Assembly: GCA_965219415.1 (NCBI GenBank)
Contig: CBDCNP010000002.1
Coordinates: forward strand, 5,088,001-5,152,000
Reading direction: 5' to 3'
Origin: Candidatus Marinacidobacterales bacterium
GTDB taxonomy: Bacteria > Acidobacteriota > Vicinamibacteria > Marinacidobacterales > DATDRI01
DNA: 64,000 nucleotides
This document shows positions 30,605-41,752 of this stretch, piece after piece. The notes under the pieces were generated by a model. That model did not search any database and had not been told where the DNA came from. It saw nothing but the letters and a program-made list of their open reading frames with translations. The first letter of the stretch is position 1. Each line of letters starts with the position of its first letter. The position numbers and the translations under genes were made by a program.

Positions 30605-31084
30605 TCAGTCGTATCGATGCCGTCCCGTCATGGCCCTGCCAACCAGACTCCAGTTCGCGATCGCCGATTCTCCAGCAGACGAACCAGTATGTGGGAATTC
30701 CGCGTGTCTGTTAAGCAACAGCACGTCAATCAGGTACGAAATCAACCGCGCGTCCCTGTCGTCATCCGTTCCCTCGTACTGCCGACGGTCTCGATTCACG
30801 TCCGCCTGAATCATCCTCCAGGTGCCCCCGTCTGCGGCGAAACGTACGACGTAAATGCAGAATCCGGTCCAACTCCGATGGAAGAACAACGCGTCATCCT
30901 TCCAGTAGATGAACCACTTGTCTTCCATGACCTCGGGTATCACTCCCTGGCGGATATGGTCCATTTCCTCCCGGGAGAACACTCGATCGAGCGTGACGGA
31001 CGCTCTACGCGCAGGCAGATCTATGGTCTTCCATGCGTTCGGGACCGCTGTTCTGACGTGCGTCCTCTTTTCGCTCCTTTCCAT
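30605..31084 (-). CDS. Conserved hypothetical protein (EDKWF...HRSWTG)
   Basis: 159-aa ORF with a recognisable conserved motif. Confidence 0.7.
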   Translation of the reverse strand: MERSEKRTHVRTAVPNAWKTIDLPARRASVTLDRVFSREEMDHIRQGVIPEVMEDKWFIYWKDDALFFHRSWTGFCIYVVRFAADGGTWRMIQADVNRDRRQYEGTDDDRDARLISYLIDVLLLNRHAEFPHTGSSAGESAIANWSLVGRAMTGRHRYD

Positions 31085-31141
31085 CCCGTGTCGAGTTTAC
31101 CCGTCCCGGGACGTTCCGGTCCAGAGCCGCTACACCTACGC

Positions 31142-31478
31142 TGGGCTTGATCCGGTTTCGTGGACGGTTTAGTTAAGCTGGCGAAGTCATCATCCGTCGT
31201 TCAAACTCGGCCGGACTGACCTGGCCGAGGGTCGAGTGTCGTCGTCTCTGGTTGTAGAATACCTCGATGAAGTCGAAGAGGGCCATCTTGGCCTCGCCGC
31301 AACTGAGGAAGTGCTCCCCAAGCTCGTGCTTGACCGTGGAGAACCAGCTCTCGATGACGGCGTTGTCGTAGCAGTGCCGCGGCTTTTTTTAACACATCGC
31401 GCTCCACCCGCAACCGCCGGTTCTCTTTGCGGAGCCGCCGCAGCTCCTCGCGTTCCTCGCTCGTCAAGCTCGTCCGGC
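31142..31478 (-). mobile_element. Internally deleted IS3-family remnant
   Basis: OrfA tail (EREELRRLRKEN) joined to OrfB tail (FDFIEVFYNQRRRHSTL); IS3-like TIR. Confidence 0.75.
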
Positions 31479-31680
31479 TGTGCCTTCTATTTATTCATCC
31501 GGGCGCCGGAAACGATTTGGTTGAAACCGGCTCCACTACGCCGGCTTCAACCAGCTCTTGTCAGCACCGAATGACTGAGATACAACGTGGTACTAACCTG
31601 GGGTCAGGTCAAACTCTAGCACGCGGCGAGTTACGCGGCGGCCGCCGACACTTGATTGCGGAAGCAACCCGAGCGCCAGC

Positions 31681-32697
31681 TTACTTGGGTTCGGCTGCGT
31701 ACAACTCCTTGTTATCTGCGCAGTGCTTCCGGACTTCATTCATCCATCGATCGTACCAGTACCAGGTGCGAGCGACTAGCACGCCATAGCCTTTGCCAGG
31801 GTTCTTTCCGTCCAGTTCCTTCCAAAGCTGGGTGTGGTGATGCATGCTAAAGTAAGAGTACCCTTCTTCACGCATCAAGGTGACGATTTCGCCCGGCAGG
31901 TGCTTCGGGCGCTCGACCTCCTTCAACAGCACTTGCTGGTACTTGTCGTTGATTGCCTTTCCTAGATCGGAGTTGAGCGGCACAAACTGGATTACCTCAT
32001 CAGCCTGGGCTTTCTTGCTGGTCACCACGGGAACAAATAGAAACCGACGTCGAAAGCAAGGTGATCTCATCTCTTGGTCTGACAGCTCTGCATCAAACTC
32101 CTGAAGGTATTTGGTCACGTTGGACGGCAACGGATCTACAGTCTCTTCACCAGTCGCAGTGGTTTTAAGGTCGCGAAATTGCAGTGTGAATGAGACTGCT
32201 GCACCAAGAGAATGTCGCTCACCGAATAACTTACAGATGTATCGCTCATAGTTGAGACAGCAAGCGAGATAACGTCCTGAGAATTGTTCGTCTGCCCCAG
32301 CAGACCGATGATGTTCGATCTCATGGCGTAAACCGATCAAAAAGCGGAGGTTGAGTTTGGTCGGTTGATCTAGCGGACAGACCTCTTCGTTGAGACAGCG
32401 CTCTAGCTCCCAGTACTTGAAGGCTCCCGATTTAGTCCGGTCGAATTTACGTCGCTTCGGGCCTTTCTCGTAGTAGCGGTATTCAACTCCTTTGCGCTTG
32501 TAATATGCATGCAGGAGGTACGTCCAGGCGATGACCACGAGGACGATGAATGTCTCGGTCTTGAATGTCGTGAGAGGGTTGTTGAATGTCTGGACAGCGT
32601 TAAGGGCTGCCTCACGCGACTTGAGGAGGAGTCCTGCCTTCACTGACGGGCCCTTCTTTCTAATCACTTTCCAACCTCCGTTATCACTGGTATTCAT
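31681..32697 (-). CDS. DUF3644-like protein, probably defence-associated
   Basis: KSREAAL.AV..FNNP, AWTYLLHAYY and RHEIEH (RxxxxH) motifs; low GC; follows an HsdS-like tail. Confidence 0.75.
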   Translation of the reverse strand: MNTSDNGGWKVIRKKGPSVKAGLLLKSREAALNAVQTFNNPLTTFKTETFIVLVVIAWTYLLHAYYKRKGVEYRYYEKGPKRRKFDRTKSGAFKYWELERCLNEEVCPLDQPTKLNLRFLIGLRHEIEHHRSAGADEQFSGRYLACCLNYERYICKLFGERHSLGAAVSFTLQFRDLKTTATGEETVDPLPSNVTKYLQEFDAELSDQEMRSPCFRRRFLFVPVVTSKKAQADEVIQFVPLNSDLGKAINDKYQQVLLKEVERPKHLPGEIVTLMREEGYSYFSMHHHTQLWKELDGKNPGKGYGVLVARTWYWYDRWMNEVRKHCADNKELYAAEPK

Positions 32698-32818
32698 CTT
32701 CGCCCCAGATGCGGGCGATGGTGGCGAGAATCTTACGCTCGAAGCGGTCGATCAGCTCGCGTTTAGCCGCGAAGATAGCTTGCTCGTTTTCGAGTTCAGC
32801 GACAATACCCTGCTGCAC
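32684..32818 (-). pseudogene. C-terminal remnant of a second HsdS/HsdM-S
   Basis: QQGIVAELENEQ...LIDRFERK...RIWGE aligns with the end of 27280-29808. Confidence 0.7.
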
Positions 32819-33657
32819 TGTGACCCGCAAAAAAGAAGATCGCGTATCGGCGGGCAGACAGCCATGAGAGCGACATCCTGCGAACTCGTCTTCGACGCGG
32901 TGGAAACTCTGCACGCTGTCGCCGCCGGGCCACCGACGCAATAACGTGCTCAAGAAAGAACGCATCCTTCGCCGCGAGAAGCTAGGTCAGTCAGGCGACG
33001 CGTGACAACCGGTAATCGTGATGGAGCCCACCAAAGACCGGCCTCGAGGCAACGGGGCACTGGTCGGGTAATGGATGTCGGTGCTGGTCCGGTTTCATCG
33101 GAAGCTCGACACAGGTGGGGGAAGGCCTGGCCCGAGCGATGAATGCGGTCTCACCCGATTGTCGTTCTGTGCCAAAACTCGGCCCAGCCGGCATCGACGA
33201 AAGAACTGCGCCTCTCGAAATCGGGATCAAACTCCGCCCGCGAAAGGGTTACATGACGGCCGCCAACATTTAACTGCGGAAGCACTCATCGGTGGCGTCG
33301 TCGGGTCGACCGGCGCGAAGCAACGACCGATCATGGCAGGTCTAAACCGCGCAATCAACACTGGATCGACTTTTTGCGGAGCACAGGTGTGCACGAGTGA
33401 ACTCCTGAGGATTTGAGTAGCGGAACTTGCGCCCGAGTGCGTCTGAACGTAGGCGTGCGCATCTCTGGTTCGGACAGATTCGGATAAGGAGCTACCAGCG
33501 CCCAGCCGTGATAGTCTTCACACTGAACCGAAGAAGAAGAGGTGGCATGAGATGGATACTGGCTCTTGCGTGCGCGCTGGCTGCCGTGGGCTGTAGCGGG
33601 AACACGCGAGTGGAGCCCTTTTTGGGGAACTCGGCGGAATCAGAAAAGGAGTGAGCG

Positions 33658-34428
33658 ATGTTCGGGCTACCTTTGGGTGGGTTTATTGGTCTTATTCTTC
33701 TCGCAATCTTTTTCCTCAACTGGATCAAGGTTCTCAACGAGTACGAGCGAGGAGTCATCTTTCGCTTTGGGAAACTCCTGCCCTACCCGAAGGGGCCGGG
33801 CCTCATTCTCGTCTTCAGTCCCATCGACCGCATGGTGAAGATGAGTCTTCGCCTGGTCGCGCTCGACGTTCCGCCCCAGGATGTGATCATGCGCGACAAC
33901 GTTTCGGTGAAGGTAAACGCGGTGATTTTTTTCCGCGTCGTTCACCCGATCAAAGCGGTGGTCGAGGTGGAGAACTTTCTCCATGCGACTTCTCAGCTTG
34001 CGCAAACGACGCTCCGCAGCGTCCTCGGTCAAGTGGAGCTCGATGATCTCCTATCCGAACGGGAGCGGCTCAACATGCAGCTCCAGGATATCCTAGACAA
34101 ACACACCGACCCGTGGGGCATCAAAGTCACCTCCGTGGAGGTCAAGCACGTCGATCTGCCGGCCGAAATGACGCGCGCGCTGGCCAAGCAGGCGGAGGCG
34201 GAACGGGAGAAGCGAGCCAAGATCATCCACGCCGACGGTGAGTTCGAAGCCTCTGATAAGTTGGCGGCTGCGGCGAAGATCGTCGGCCAACACCCGATGG
34301 GGATCCAGCTACGCTATCTACAGACTCTTACCGAAATCGCAACCGAAAAGAACTCGACGGTCATATTCCCACTTCCGATCGAGCTGATGCAGGAGTTCTT
34401 GAATCGGGCCAAGGGTGGCTCTTCGTAA
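33658..34428 (+). CDS. SPFH/band 7 (slipin, stomatin-like) protein
   Basis: [28 protein letters not shown] and QLRYLQTL motifs. Confidence 0.95.
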   Translation: MFGLPLGGFIGLILLAIFFLNWIKVLNEYERGVIFRFGKLLPYPKGPGLILVFSPIDRMVKMSLRLVALDVPPQDVIMRDNVSVKVNAVIFFRVVHPIKAVVEVENFLHATSQLAQTTLRSVLGQVELDDLLSERERLNMQLQDILDKHTDPWGIKVTSVEVKHVDLPAEMTRALAKQAEAEREKRAKIIHADGEFEASDKLAAAAKIVGQHPMGIQLRYLQTLTEIATEKNSTVIFPLPIELMQEFLNRAKGGSS

Positions 34429-34956
34429 GGGGGACGTTTGTCGGAAGTTGGCCTCGTCTAATGACATGACGATGCAGGACGAGGAACTCAGCATACGGGG
34501 CTCGCTCTCGGAGTCTAGCCTCCACAAGGTATCGTCAAGTTAAGCAGAACCGGCGTGCTCATGACCGAGGATTTTAACCCCGTCCTGTGCCAAAACTCGG
34601 CCCTTTTGAAATAGACCGGTGCTTCCGCCATTAAGTGTTGGTGAGATGACGCTAAGACTTTACGCTGCATTAAATTACAGCCAAAATAGCGCTCACGACC
34701 TTCGCCGCGCGCTAAATGGAGCGTAAGCACTTTTTTGCAACGAGATACGTACACGTCACCAACAGCAAACAGCGCAAGCACCTGCAGCGTGTCCGAGTTC
34801 TGTGCAGCGTGTCCGAGGTCAAGCTCGTGATCATCATTACTCGGACATCGCAAGAACGTCTACCGTAGGTTGGAGTTTCCTGTCGTATCGCATTCGTCTT
34901 CTCGTGGCCCGTTGAGATAGGGTACGACGCGAACACTCCCGGAGGTGGCGATCTCG

Positions 34957-37935
34957 ATGAGGGTTTCACTCTGGACACTCGCTGTCAGCGCGACGATGTG
35001 TGGCGCGCTTCTCGGGCAAACGCGGGTGGAATTTCACTTACTTCCTGCCGTTTCTACCGGGCCGCTCTCTCCGAGCTGGAGCCCCGACGGGCGCTCGCTT
35101 GCCTTCTCTATGCGCGGCGACATTTGGACCATTCCAGCCGAAGGGGGTGAAGCCGTAGCGCTTACCGAAGGTCCGGCCTATCACTTCGAGCCGGCCTTCA
35201 GTCCAGACGGCAGCAGTGTAGCGCTCACCATGGACATCGACGGTAACCTCGACATCGGGATCGTTGACGCCACTGGTGGGGCGGTGGAGCGGCTCACGAA
35301 CGACCCGGAGGTGGACGTCGAGCCCAGTTGGAGTCCCGACGGCAAGAGTTTGTACTTCGTCAGTCGAAGGAGCGGGAGTTTGGACATTTACCGTCTGGGG
35401 CTGACGACAAGAGAACTCACGCCGGTCGTCTCTGGACCTCGCAACGAGTTTCAACCCGCGGTGTCACCCAATGGCCGCTCTCTCGCCTACGTCGCCCCGG
35501 TCCGAGGGCGAAGCGGCTCGGGTGGCATTTGGGTCATGCCGTTGCCGTCGGGGGAGCCTCGGCTGGCGCACTACGAAGAGACGAGCTATCGGGTAACGCC
35601 GAGCTGGTCTCCTGACGGGAGCACGTTAACCTACTCGAGTGATGCGGCGGGCTCGAACGACATCGCTATCGTTCCGTCGAAGGGGGGAAACAGAGCTCGA
35701 CTCACCGAAGATCCGCTCGATGAGTTCGACGTCGCGGTGAGCCCGGACGGGTCCAAAATCGCGTTCGTGTCTAACCGAGGAGGCCCGACGAGTCTCTTCA
35801 CGCTCTCGTCGGCGGGTGGCGCGTCGAGCACCTGGAAACGGGTGAACATCGAATCGCGTCGTCCGCGATATCCAACCGGTCGCGTGCGAGGCGTCGTCCG
35901 CAAACCCGATGGCAACGTGGTGCCGGCGCGCGTGATGCTAACCGCGAGCGACGGTCGTGGATACACGGAAGACGGCGGGTTTCACCGGATGGTATGGTCC
36001 ACAGGAATCCACTACCAGCACACCAGCGGCTCCTTCGAGGTTGAGATGCCCGCGGGCCCGGCCATCGTCGAAGCGATGCGGGGATTCGAGTTTCTTCCCG
36101 CCAAGGTGACCGTCGACGTTCCGACGTCCGGTGTCGCTGAGGTGGAGCTTGCGCTGAGTCGAATCACCGATCCTCGGGCGAGCGGGTGGTACTCCGGAGA
36201 CACCCACACGCACGATCTCCACGAGGGTCGGTTCGGGCTTACCCAAGAGAGCTTTTTCCATCAACTGGTCGCCGACGATGTCCACGTCGCGAACGCACTC
36301 ATCCACATGGATGGAACGAAGTTGATGGGCCGGTGGGACGATCTCACCGGGGAAGAGTACGAGCTCTCGACCGATGAGCACATTCTTCGCTACTCGCAAG
36401 AATTCCGCGGTTCGTTTGGTCACGTGGCTCTCTTGGGAGTGACTGAGTTCATCATGCCCCTCATCGGAGGTGCTTCGAATACACCGTACGCCTCCGACGT
36501 GCTGAAAGTTCGGCACATCGATTCCGTGCACGAGCAAGGCGGTATTGCCGGGTTCGTCCATCCGTACAACGCCGAGGTCAAAACACCTGCGGATGCCGCC
36601 ACCGCCGATATCGCGGTGCATGTGGCGCTGGGCAGGGGCGATTTCTTCGACGTGGTCTCGATCGCCTCCCGGGAGATGGACTCGGCCAACGTGTACTACA
36701 AGCTGTTGAACTCCGGCTTTCGCATCGCGGCGACGGGAGGCACCGACAACTTCTCCGACGTTTGGTACGACCCGTCCGGAGGAACGGCCAGAACCTACGC
36801 CCGCGTCGAAGGCGCTCTGAGCTTCGATGGTTGGTTGTCCGCCGCGAAGGCGGGGCGCACGTTCGGGACGAGTGGGCCACTACTCTTCCTCACCGTGGAA
36901 GGCCACGAGCCCGGCGATGAGATCCGGCTGAGCGCCGAGGACTCCGCGTCCCCTCGGGTCCGAGTCAACGTCGCTTCGATAGCACCTCTCGACACTGTAG
37001 AGGTCGTCGTCAACGGCGAGATCGTTCACACCTGGCGTCCGAGCGGAGACGGACCCAACTGGGAGCTCGAGACCACCGTCAACGTTCCGGGAAGTGCTTG
37101 GATCGCGGCGCGGGCGACGGGCCCACCGAGCCCTTACGTCGGGGATATCTTTCCCTTCGCGCAAACTTCGCCCATCTACGTCGTTCGCGACGGCCGGCAT
37201 TTCACGTCGGCGAGCGATGCTCGGTTTCTGCTCGAATCCGTCGACGAGCTATGGCGGCGGGTCCAGGAGCGGAACTCCTGGACGAACGAAGAGCAAAAGC
37301 GAGCGTACCGAGAGGGTGTCGAGGGAGCGCGGGCAGCCTATCGACGAGTTCTTCTGCTCCACCCAGACGACGATGCGTTCCAAGAGCCTGCCCCGGAGCA
37401 ATCCCGCATTCGGCTACGAACCAGCGAGGGCGATATCGTGATCGAGCTTCACCGTGACTGGTCGCCTCATGGTGTGGACCGTTTCTACAACCTCGTTCGT
37501 TACGGCTACTACGACGACACGCGTTTTTTTCGAGTACGGGAGGCGGACTTCGCTCAATTCGGGATCCACGGCGATCCCGAGGTCTCCCAGCGGTGGCGAA
37601 GCGAGCGCATCCCCGACGATCCAGTGGTCGTGAGCAATCGGCGTGGGCGTGTTGCGTTCGCGATGGGCTATGAGCCAAACGACCGCACGACGCAAATCTT
37701 CATCAGTCTGAAGGACAAGGCCGAGCTCGACGACACGCGTTTCGCACCGATCGGCGAGGTCGTCGAGGGCATGGCGGTGGCCGATGCGATCTTCTCAGGC
37801 TATGGAGAGTCCGCCGGGGGTGGAATTCGGGGAGGGAAGCAAGATCCGATGTTCGAGGGCGGAAACGCTCACCTCGACGAGAACTTCCCGGAACTCGACA
37901 GAATCGCGGAGGCGCGCATGATCGAGCGCCGCTGA
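34957..37935 (+). CDS. TolB-like propeller + CehA/McbA-type PHP metallohydrolase + C-terminal cyclophilin PPIase
   Basis: WSPDG repeats; GDTHTH, GH, HP and GGTD motifs; TSEGDIVIEL...YYDDTRFFRV...QFG. Confidence 0.85.
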   Translation: MRVSLWTLAVSATMCGALLGQTRVEFHLLPAVSTGPLSPSWSPDGRSLAFSMRGDIWTIPAEGGEAVALTEGPAYHFEPAFSPDGSSVALTMDIDGNLDIGIVDATGGAVERLTNDPEVDVEPSWSPDGKSLYFVSRRSGSLDIYRLGLTTRELTPVVSGPRNEFQPAVSPNGRSLAYVAPVRGRSGSGGIWVMPLPSGEPRLAHYEETSYRVTPSWSPDGSTLTYSSDAAGSNDIAIVPSKGGNRARLTEDPLDEFDVAVSPDGSKIAFVSNRGGPTSLFTLSSAGGASSTWKRVNIESRRPRYPTGRVRGVVRKPDGNVVPARVMLTASDGRGYTEDGGFHRMVWSTGIHYQHTSGSFEVEMPAGPAIVEAMRGFEFLPAKVTVDVPTSGVAEVELALSRITDPRASGWYSGDTHTHDLHEGRFGLTQESFFHQLVADDVHVANALIHMDGTKLMGRWDDLTGEEYELSTDEHILRYSQEFRGSFGHVALLGVTEFIMPLIGGASNTPYASDVLKVRHIDSVHEQGGIAGFVHPYNAEVKTPADAATADIAVHVALGRGDFFDVVSIASREMDSANVYYKLLNSGFRIAATGGTDNFSDVWYDPSGGTARTYARVEGALSFDGWLSAAKAGRTFGTSGPLLFLTVEGHEPGDEIRLSAEDSASPRVRVNVASIAPLDTVEVVVNGEIVHTWRPSGDGPNWELETTVNVPGSAWIAARATGPPSPYVGDIFPFAQTSPIYVVRDGRHFTSASDARFLLESVDELWRRVQERNSWTNEEQKRAYREGVEGARAAYRRVLLLHPDDDAFQEPAPEQSRIRLRTSEGDIVIELHRDWSPHGVDRFYNLVRYGYYDDTRFFRVREADFAQFGIHGDPEVSQRWRSERIPDDPVVVSNRRGRVAFAMGYEPNDRTTQIFISLKDKAELDDTRFAPIGEVVEGMAVADAIFSGYGESAGGGIRGGKQDPMFEGGNAHLDENFPELDRIAEARMIERR

Positions 37936-38133
37936 CTCACAGCGCTCGCTTCACGTACTCCGCGGACACGACGCGTCACAAACGCACTCAAGACCCACGC
38001 GCCGGGACGTTCTGGGATGATTTTGCCGGGGGTGCGCACGGCTGGCCTGATGGGTGGTGGGGCACGCCACGGGCGCGGAACGGCCCCCCGAGGCCGAGAC
38101 GGGACTGGACTTTGCCGGGGAGAAGAGCACCTG

Positions 38134-38655
38134 CTAGTGGTTTGAGAGGGGATTGAACAGCGGCACCGAGGAGCCACACTGCCGCGCGTGCACCACCTTC
38201 TCGTACTCTTCTCTGGGGACGGACGGTCCCTGTCGAGAGCAGTACTTGTCGAAAGCTTCGGTTAGGTTCTGCGCCACCATCTCGTCGTTCATCATCTCTA
38301 TATGCCGTCGCTCAAGCATGTGCACCAGTTCGCCGTCCTTGAAAAGGGCCACCGACGGTGAGCTTGGAGCAACGTCGACCATGTGCTCCCTAGCGCGCTC
38401 CGTGGCCTCACGGTCCACGCCGGCGAAGACCGTCGTGAGGTGATCGGGAATTGTGCTGTGTTGCAGGGCGCGAGTCACACCCGGGCGCGCCGAGCCGGCA
38501 GCACATCCACAAACCGAGTTCACCACCACGAGCGTTGTCCCGGGCCTCTTCAAGGCCTCGTCGACGTTCTCTCTTGTTTGCACGGGCTCCACCCCGCATT
38601 GGGCAAGCTCCTCCCACATGGGCCGAACACCCTCAAGATCGTAAAGTGGCTGCAT
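38134..38655 (-). CDS. BrxA/BrxB family bacilliredoxin
   Basis: VNSVCGCAAG, TVFAGVD and PSSPSVALFKDG motifs. Confidence 0.92.
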   Translation of the reverse strand: MQPLYDLEGVRPMWEELAQCGVEPVQTRENVDEALKRPGTTLVVVNSVCGCAAGSARPGVTRALQHSTIPDHLTTVFAGVDREATERAREHMVDVAPSSPSVALFKDGELVHMLERRHIEMMNDEMVAQNLTEAFDKYCSRQGPSVPREEYEKVVHARQCGSSVPLFNPLSNH

Positions 38656-39339
38656 TTGTCTCTCCTCGGTGCTTGCGCTGTTTACTGTTGGTGATGTGTA
38701 CGCATCCCTTTGTAAAAGAGGCGCTTACGCTCCATTTACCGCGCAGCGAAGGTCACGAGCGCTATTTTAGCTGTAACTCTGCACAGAGTGACAGGAGGGA
38801 TACTACGTGAGGGTGCTTGGTGGGCGTCAAGAGCGCCGTGGTGGAAGTTCCTATCGGGACATTACGTTTCCCGCTCATATTTTTTTAGTCAACTAGGTTG
38901 TTACCCTGAGTTCCACCACTTGACGATGCGCTACCGCTTTTTGTTGGCCGAGGTCTGTCAAGTTGACGAAAAACTAGCTGACCGACCCCCAAGATACTGG
39001 GCTCGAGCCCGTCGTGAACCTGCTATGTTGGGCATCAGGAACGGCTGTCAGCCTCAACTTGACAGTACCCTTACGATGGCTACTCTCGCGACGCTGTTCG
39101 ACATCTAGGTGCCGCGGAACAGGAGGGAGAGACGCCAAGATCGGGATGCGTGCCACGATGCACCGGGACTTCGGCGCTCGGGACCTCGGTCCGGCAGCTA
39201 TGGCCGCGGCTATTCCATAGAATCCGTGGCGCTACGGCCCCATGCCGGATGTAGGCTGAGCGAACCAAGTGGTTGTGCTCCGCAAAAAGTCGATCCAGCG
39301 GTACGCGATCTTCTTTTTTGCGGAGCACCGGAGGGTTAG

Positions 39340-39813
39340 ATGAAAAACCTAGCAGGATTTCTTCTAATTGTATTGGTGGCTTGCGGGGCGTCTACCCCGT
39401 CAAAGCAAGCGGCCGATTTCCTGAACCATGCGGCGTCATGTATCGACAAAAAGAGGGATGCAATTCTCGACCACTTGAACTCCAGCCAGGATGCGCTCAG
39501 GGAGCTTTCGGCCGACTTTTTCAGAGACAAATCAGAACAGGATTCAATGCCATCAGAGGAAGAGATCCCATCTCTTCAGTTCGAAGAACTCTGCGATATT
39601 GACTTAGACAACCTGACGGAAGAAGCCAGGGCCATCGTCGAATCCAAAGGCAAGCAGCTAGCGGCCAAGGTAATGCCGGTTATTTTTGGGGCAGCATTTT
39701 CAAGCCTTTCTGGAGATGCTGGAGACGCCAATGAAACCGTTCTTGATACAGTGATATCGGCCCTACGCGACGCCAGCGAGGAAATTCTGGAGGACGAGAA
39801 AAACGGAAACTGA
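39340..39813 (+). CDS. Hypothetical lipoprotein
   Basis: Lipobox LVAC; GGAGG RBS. Confidence 0.7.
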   Translation: MKNLAGFLLIVLVACGASTPSKQAADFLNHAASCIDKKRDAILDHLNSSQDALRELSADFFRDKSEQDSMPSEEEIPSLQFEELCDIDLDNLTEEARAIVESKGKQLAAKVMPVIFGAAFSSLSGDAGDANETVLDTVISALRDASEEILEDEKNGN

Positions 39814-40243
39814 TTTTAGGCCTGTGCTCCGCAAAAAGTCGATCCGTCGTTGATTCTCCAGTTTAGACCTGCCAGGATTGGCCGTTTCGCGGCGAACGGA
39901 TGAGGTAATCCGACGTCATTGTGAGCGTCGTGTCCAAAAACACAAACGGACTCAAGACCGGCGCGTCTGGACATTTCGGAGTAGACGTGTCTAGGCTTGG
40001 TTCGCCCATGGAAGCTAGAATCCTAGGTTATGAGTAGGCCGAGCCCGTCGTGTGCCGAAACTTGATCCACTGGCAACGTTACAAGCGAGCAGTTGACGTG
40101 GCGTGGACGGTGGGGCCCGCGATAATCATTGAGCAGACCTAACCTTATGAGCGGGTCGTCACCTTGCAGACGACCACCTAATCGAGAGCGAATATCCAAG
40201 CGTGTTCTCGAAGCTGTGGTTCCACGCCACGCCGACACAAGCC

Positions 40244-41591
40244 CGTCGTGTCCAAAAATACAAACGAACTCAAGACCAGCTCGCCGAGACGTTTCGGAAT
40301 AGACGTATCTACGCTTGATTGGCCAATGGGAGCTAGAATCCTCGGTCATGAGCACGCCGGTCCAGCCCTTGACCTTGTTGGTCGTCGCCATCGCTGGTTG
40401 GCTCCAGCGTGACCAACAGGCCGCTATCGTTTACTTGCTTGAGGAGAACAAAGTCCTCAAAGCTCGGCTTCGCGGGAGGAAGCTACGTCTCACAGACGAC
40501 GAGCGACGTCGGCTGGCGGTAAAGGGTAAGGCGCTTGGCCGGAAACTCTTGGCAGAAGTCGCCGATATCGTCACACCGGAAACCCTTCTGGCTTGGCACC
40601 GAAGGCTCATTGCGCGAAAGTGGAACTATAGCGAGCGGCGGAAACAGCTCGGACGGCCCCGGGTCATGGCCGAGATTAGCAAGCTTGTCGTAGGGATGGC
40701 GAAGTCGAATCCGAGGTGGGGGTATACACGCATTCGCGGCGCCCTCTCGAATCTCGGCCATACCGTAGCCAGGAGCACCATCGCCAATATTCTCCGAAAA
40801 CATGGCATCGAGCCCGCGCCGGAGCGAGGTGAGCGAACGCCGTGGCGCACGTTTCTCGCCGCCCATTGGGAAACCGTTGCTGCGACCGACTTCTTCACCG
40901 TCGAGGTCGCCACAGTTCGCAGGCTCGTGACCTACTATGTGCTCGTCGTCATCGAGCTGTCTTCGCGAAAAGTGCACATTGCCGGAATCACTCCCGGGCC
41001 AGATGGCCCGTTCATGATGCAGGTCGGTCGGAATCTCACCGACCCATTCGACGGCTTTCTGCGCGGCAAGCACTTGCTCATCCTGGACCGCGACAAGAAG
41101 TTCACCACAGAGTTCAGCGATTTGCTCGAGCACGCCGGAACTGACGTCATGCGGCTGCCGCACCGTTCGCAGAATCTGAACGCTTACGTCGAAAGGTTTG
41201 TTTTGTCGATCAAGAGCGAGTGCTTGGAGCGGATGATCTTCTTCAGTGAGCAATCGCTGCGCCGTGCCGTCGCTGAGTTCATCCATCATTATCACGGAGA
41301 GCGCAACCATCAAGGGCTGGGGAACGCGTTGCTCGAAGCGGAAGAATGCGTCGGTAGTGCCCACGGGAAGGTGCGATGTCGTAAGCGATTGGGCGGCTTG
41401 CTCAGCTATTACCACCGCGACGCCGCATAGGAGTTCGGGCGTGCCAGTTGGACGAAACGGATGGTCTGGAGGAGAGGGCTGCTCGGGAGCGCCTATCGCA
41501 GAGCCAGTGCCGCGTCGGCGGGTCTCCGCGAATCTCGAGAACGCCTCCAGGATTCGAGCTTTCGGCTACGTTCGCTTTTTCGGACACGACG
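40244..41591 (+). mobile_element. Full-length rve element family C; orphan ends near 2778, 13020, 21762, 21848, 39926, 43087, 52142
   Basis: TIR CGTCGTGTCC(A/G)AAAA; no TSD. Confidence 0.85.
40348..41430 (+). CDS. Integrase-core (rve) DDE transposase
   Basis: ATDFFT, LDRDKKF and VERFVLSIKSE motifs. Confidence 0.9.
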   Translation: MSTPVQPLTLLVVAIAGWLQRDQQAAIVYLLEENKVLKARLRGRKLRLTDDERRRLAVKGKALGRKLLAEVADIVTPETLLAWHRRLIARKWNYSERRKQLGRPRVMAEISKLVVGMAKSNPRWGYTRIRGALSNLGHTVARSTIANILRKHGIEPAPERGERTPWRTFLAAHWETVAATDFFTVEVATVRRLVTYYVLVVIELSSRKVHIAGITPGPDGPFMMQVGRNLTDPFDGFLRGKHLLILDRDKKFTTEFSDLLEHAGTDVMRLPHRSQNLNAYVERFVLSIKSECLERMIFFSEQSLRRAVAEFIHHYHGERNHQGLGNALLEAEECVGSAHGKVRCRKRLGGLLSYYHRDAA

Positions 41592-41752
41592 GGGCTGTTG
41601 TTCCCCGCCCGTGGCGTGTCCCACCACCCATCCGGTCAGCCGTGCGCACCTGTGCTCCGCAAAAAGTCGATCCAGCGGTACGCGATCTTCTTTTTTTGCG
41701 GATCACAGGTCGACCGGAGCTGGCCGGTCTTGGCTGGAAACCAATGAGAAAC

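Noticed and set aside
33548-33654. 35-aa lipoprotein-like ORF before SPFH (possible NfeD remnant)
   Set aside because: Too short to support an assignment
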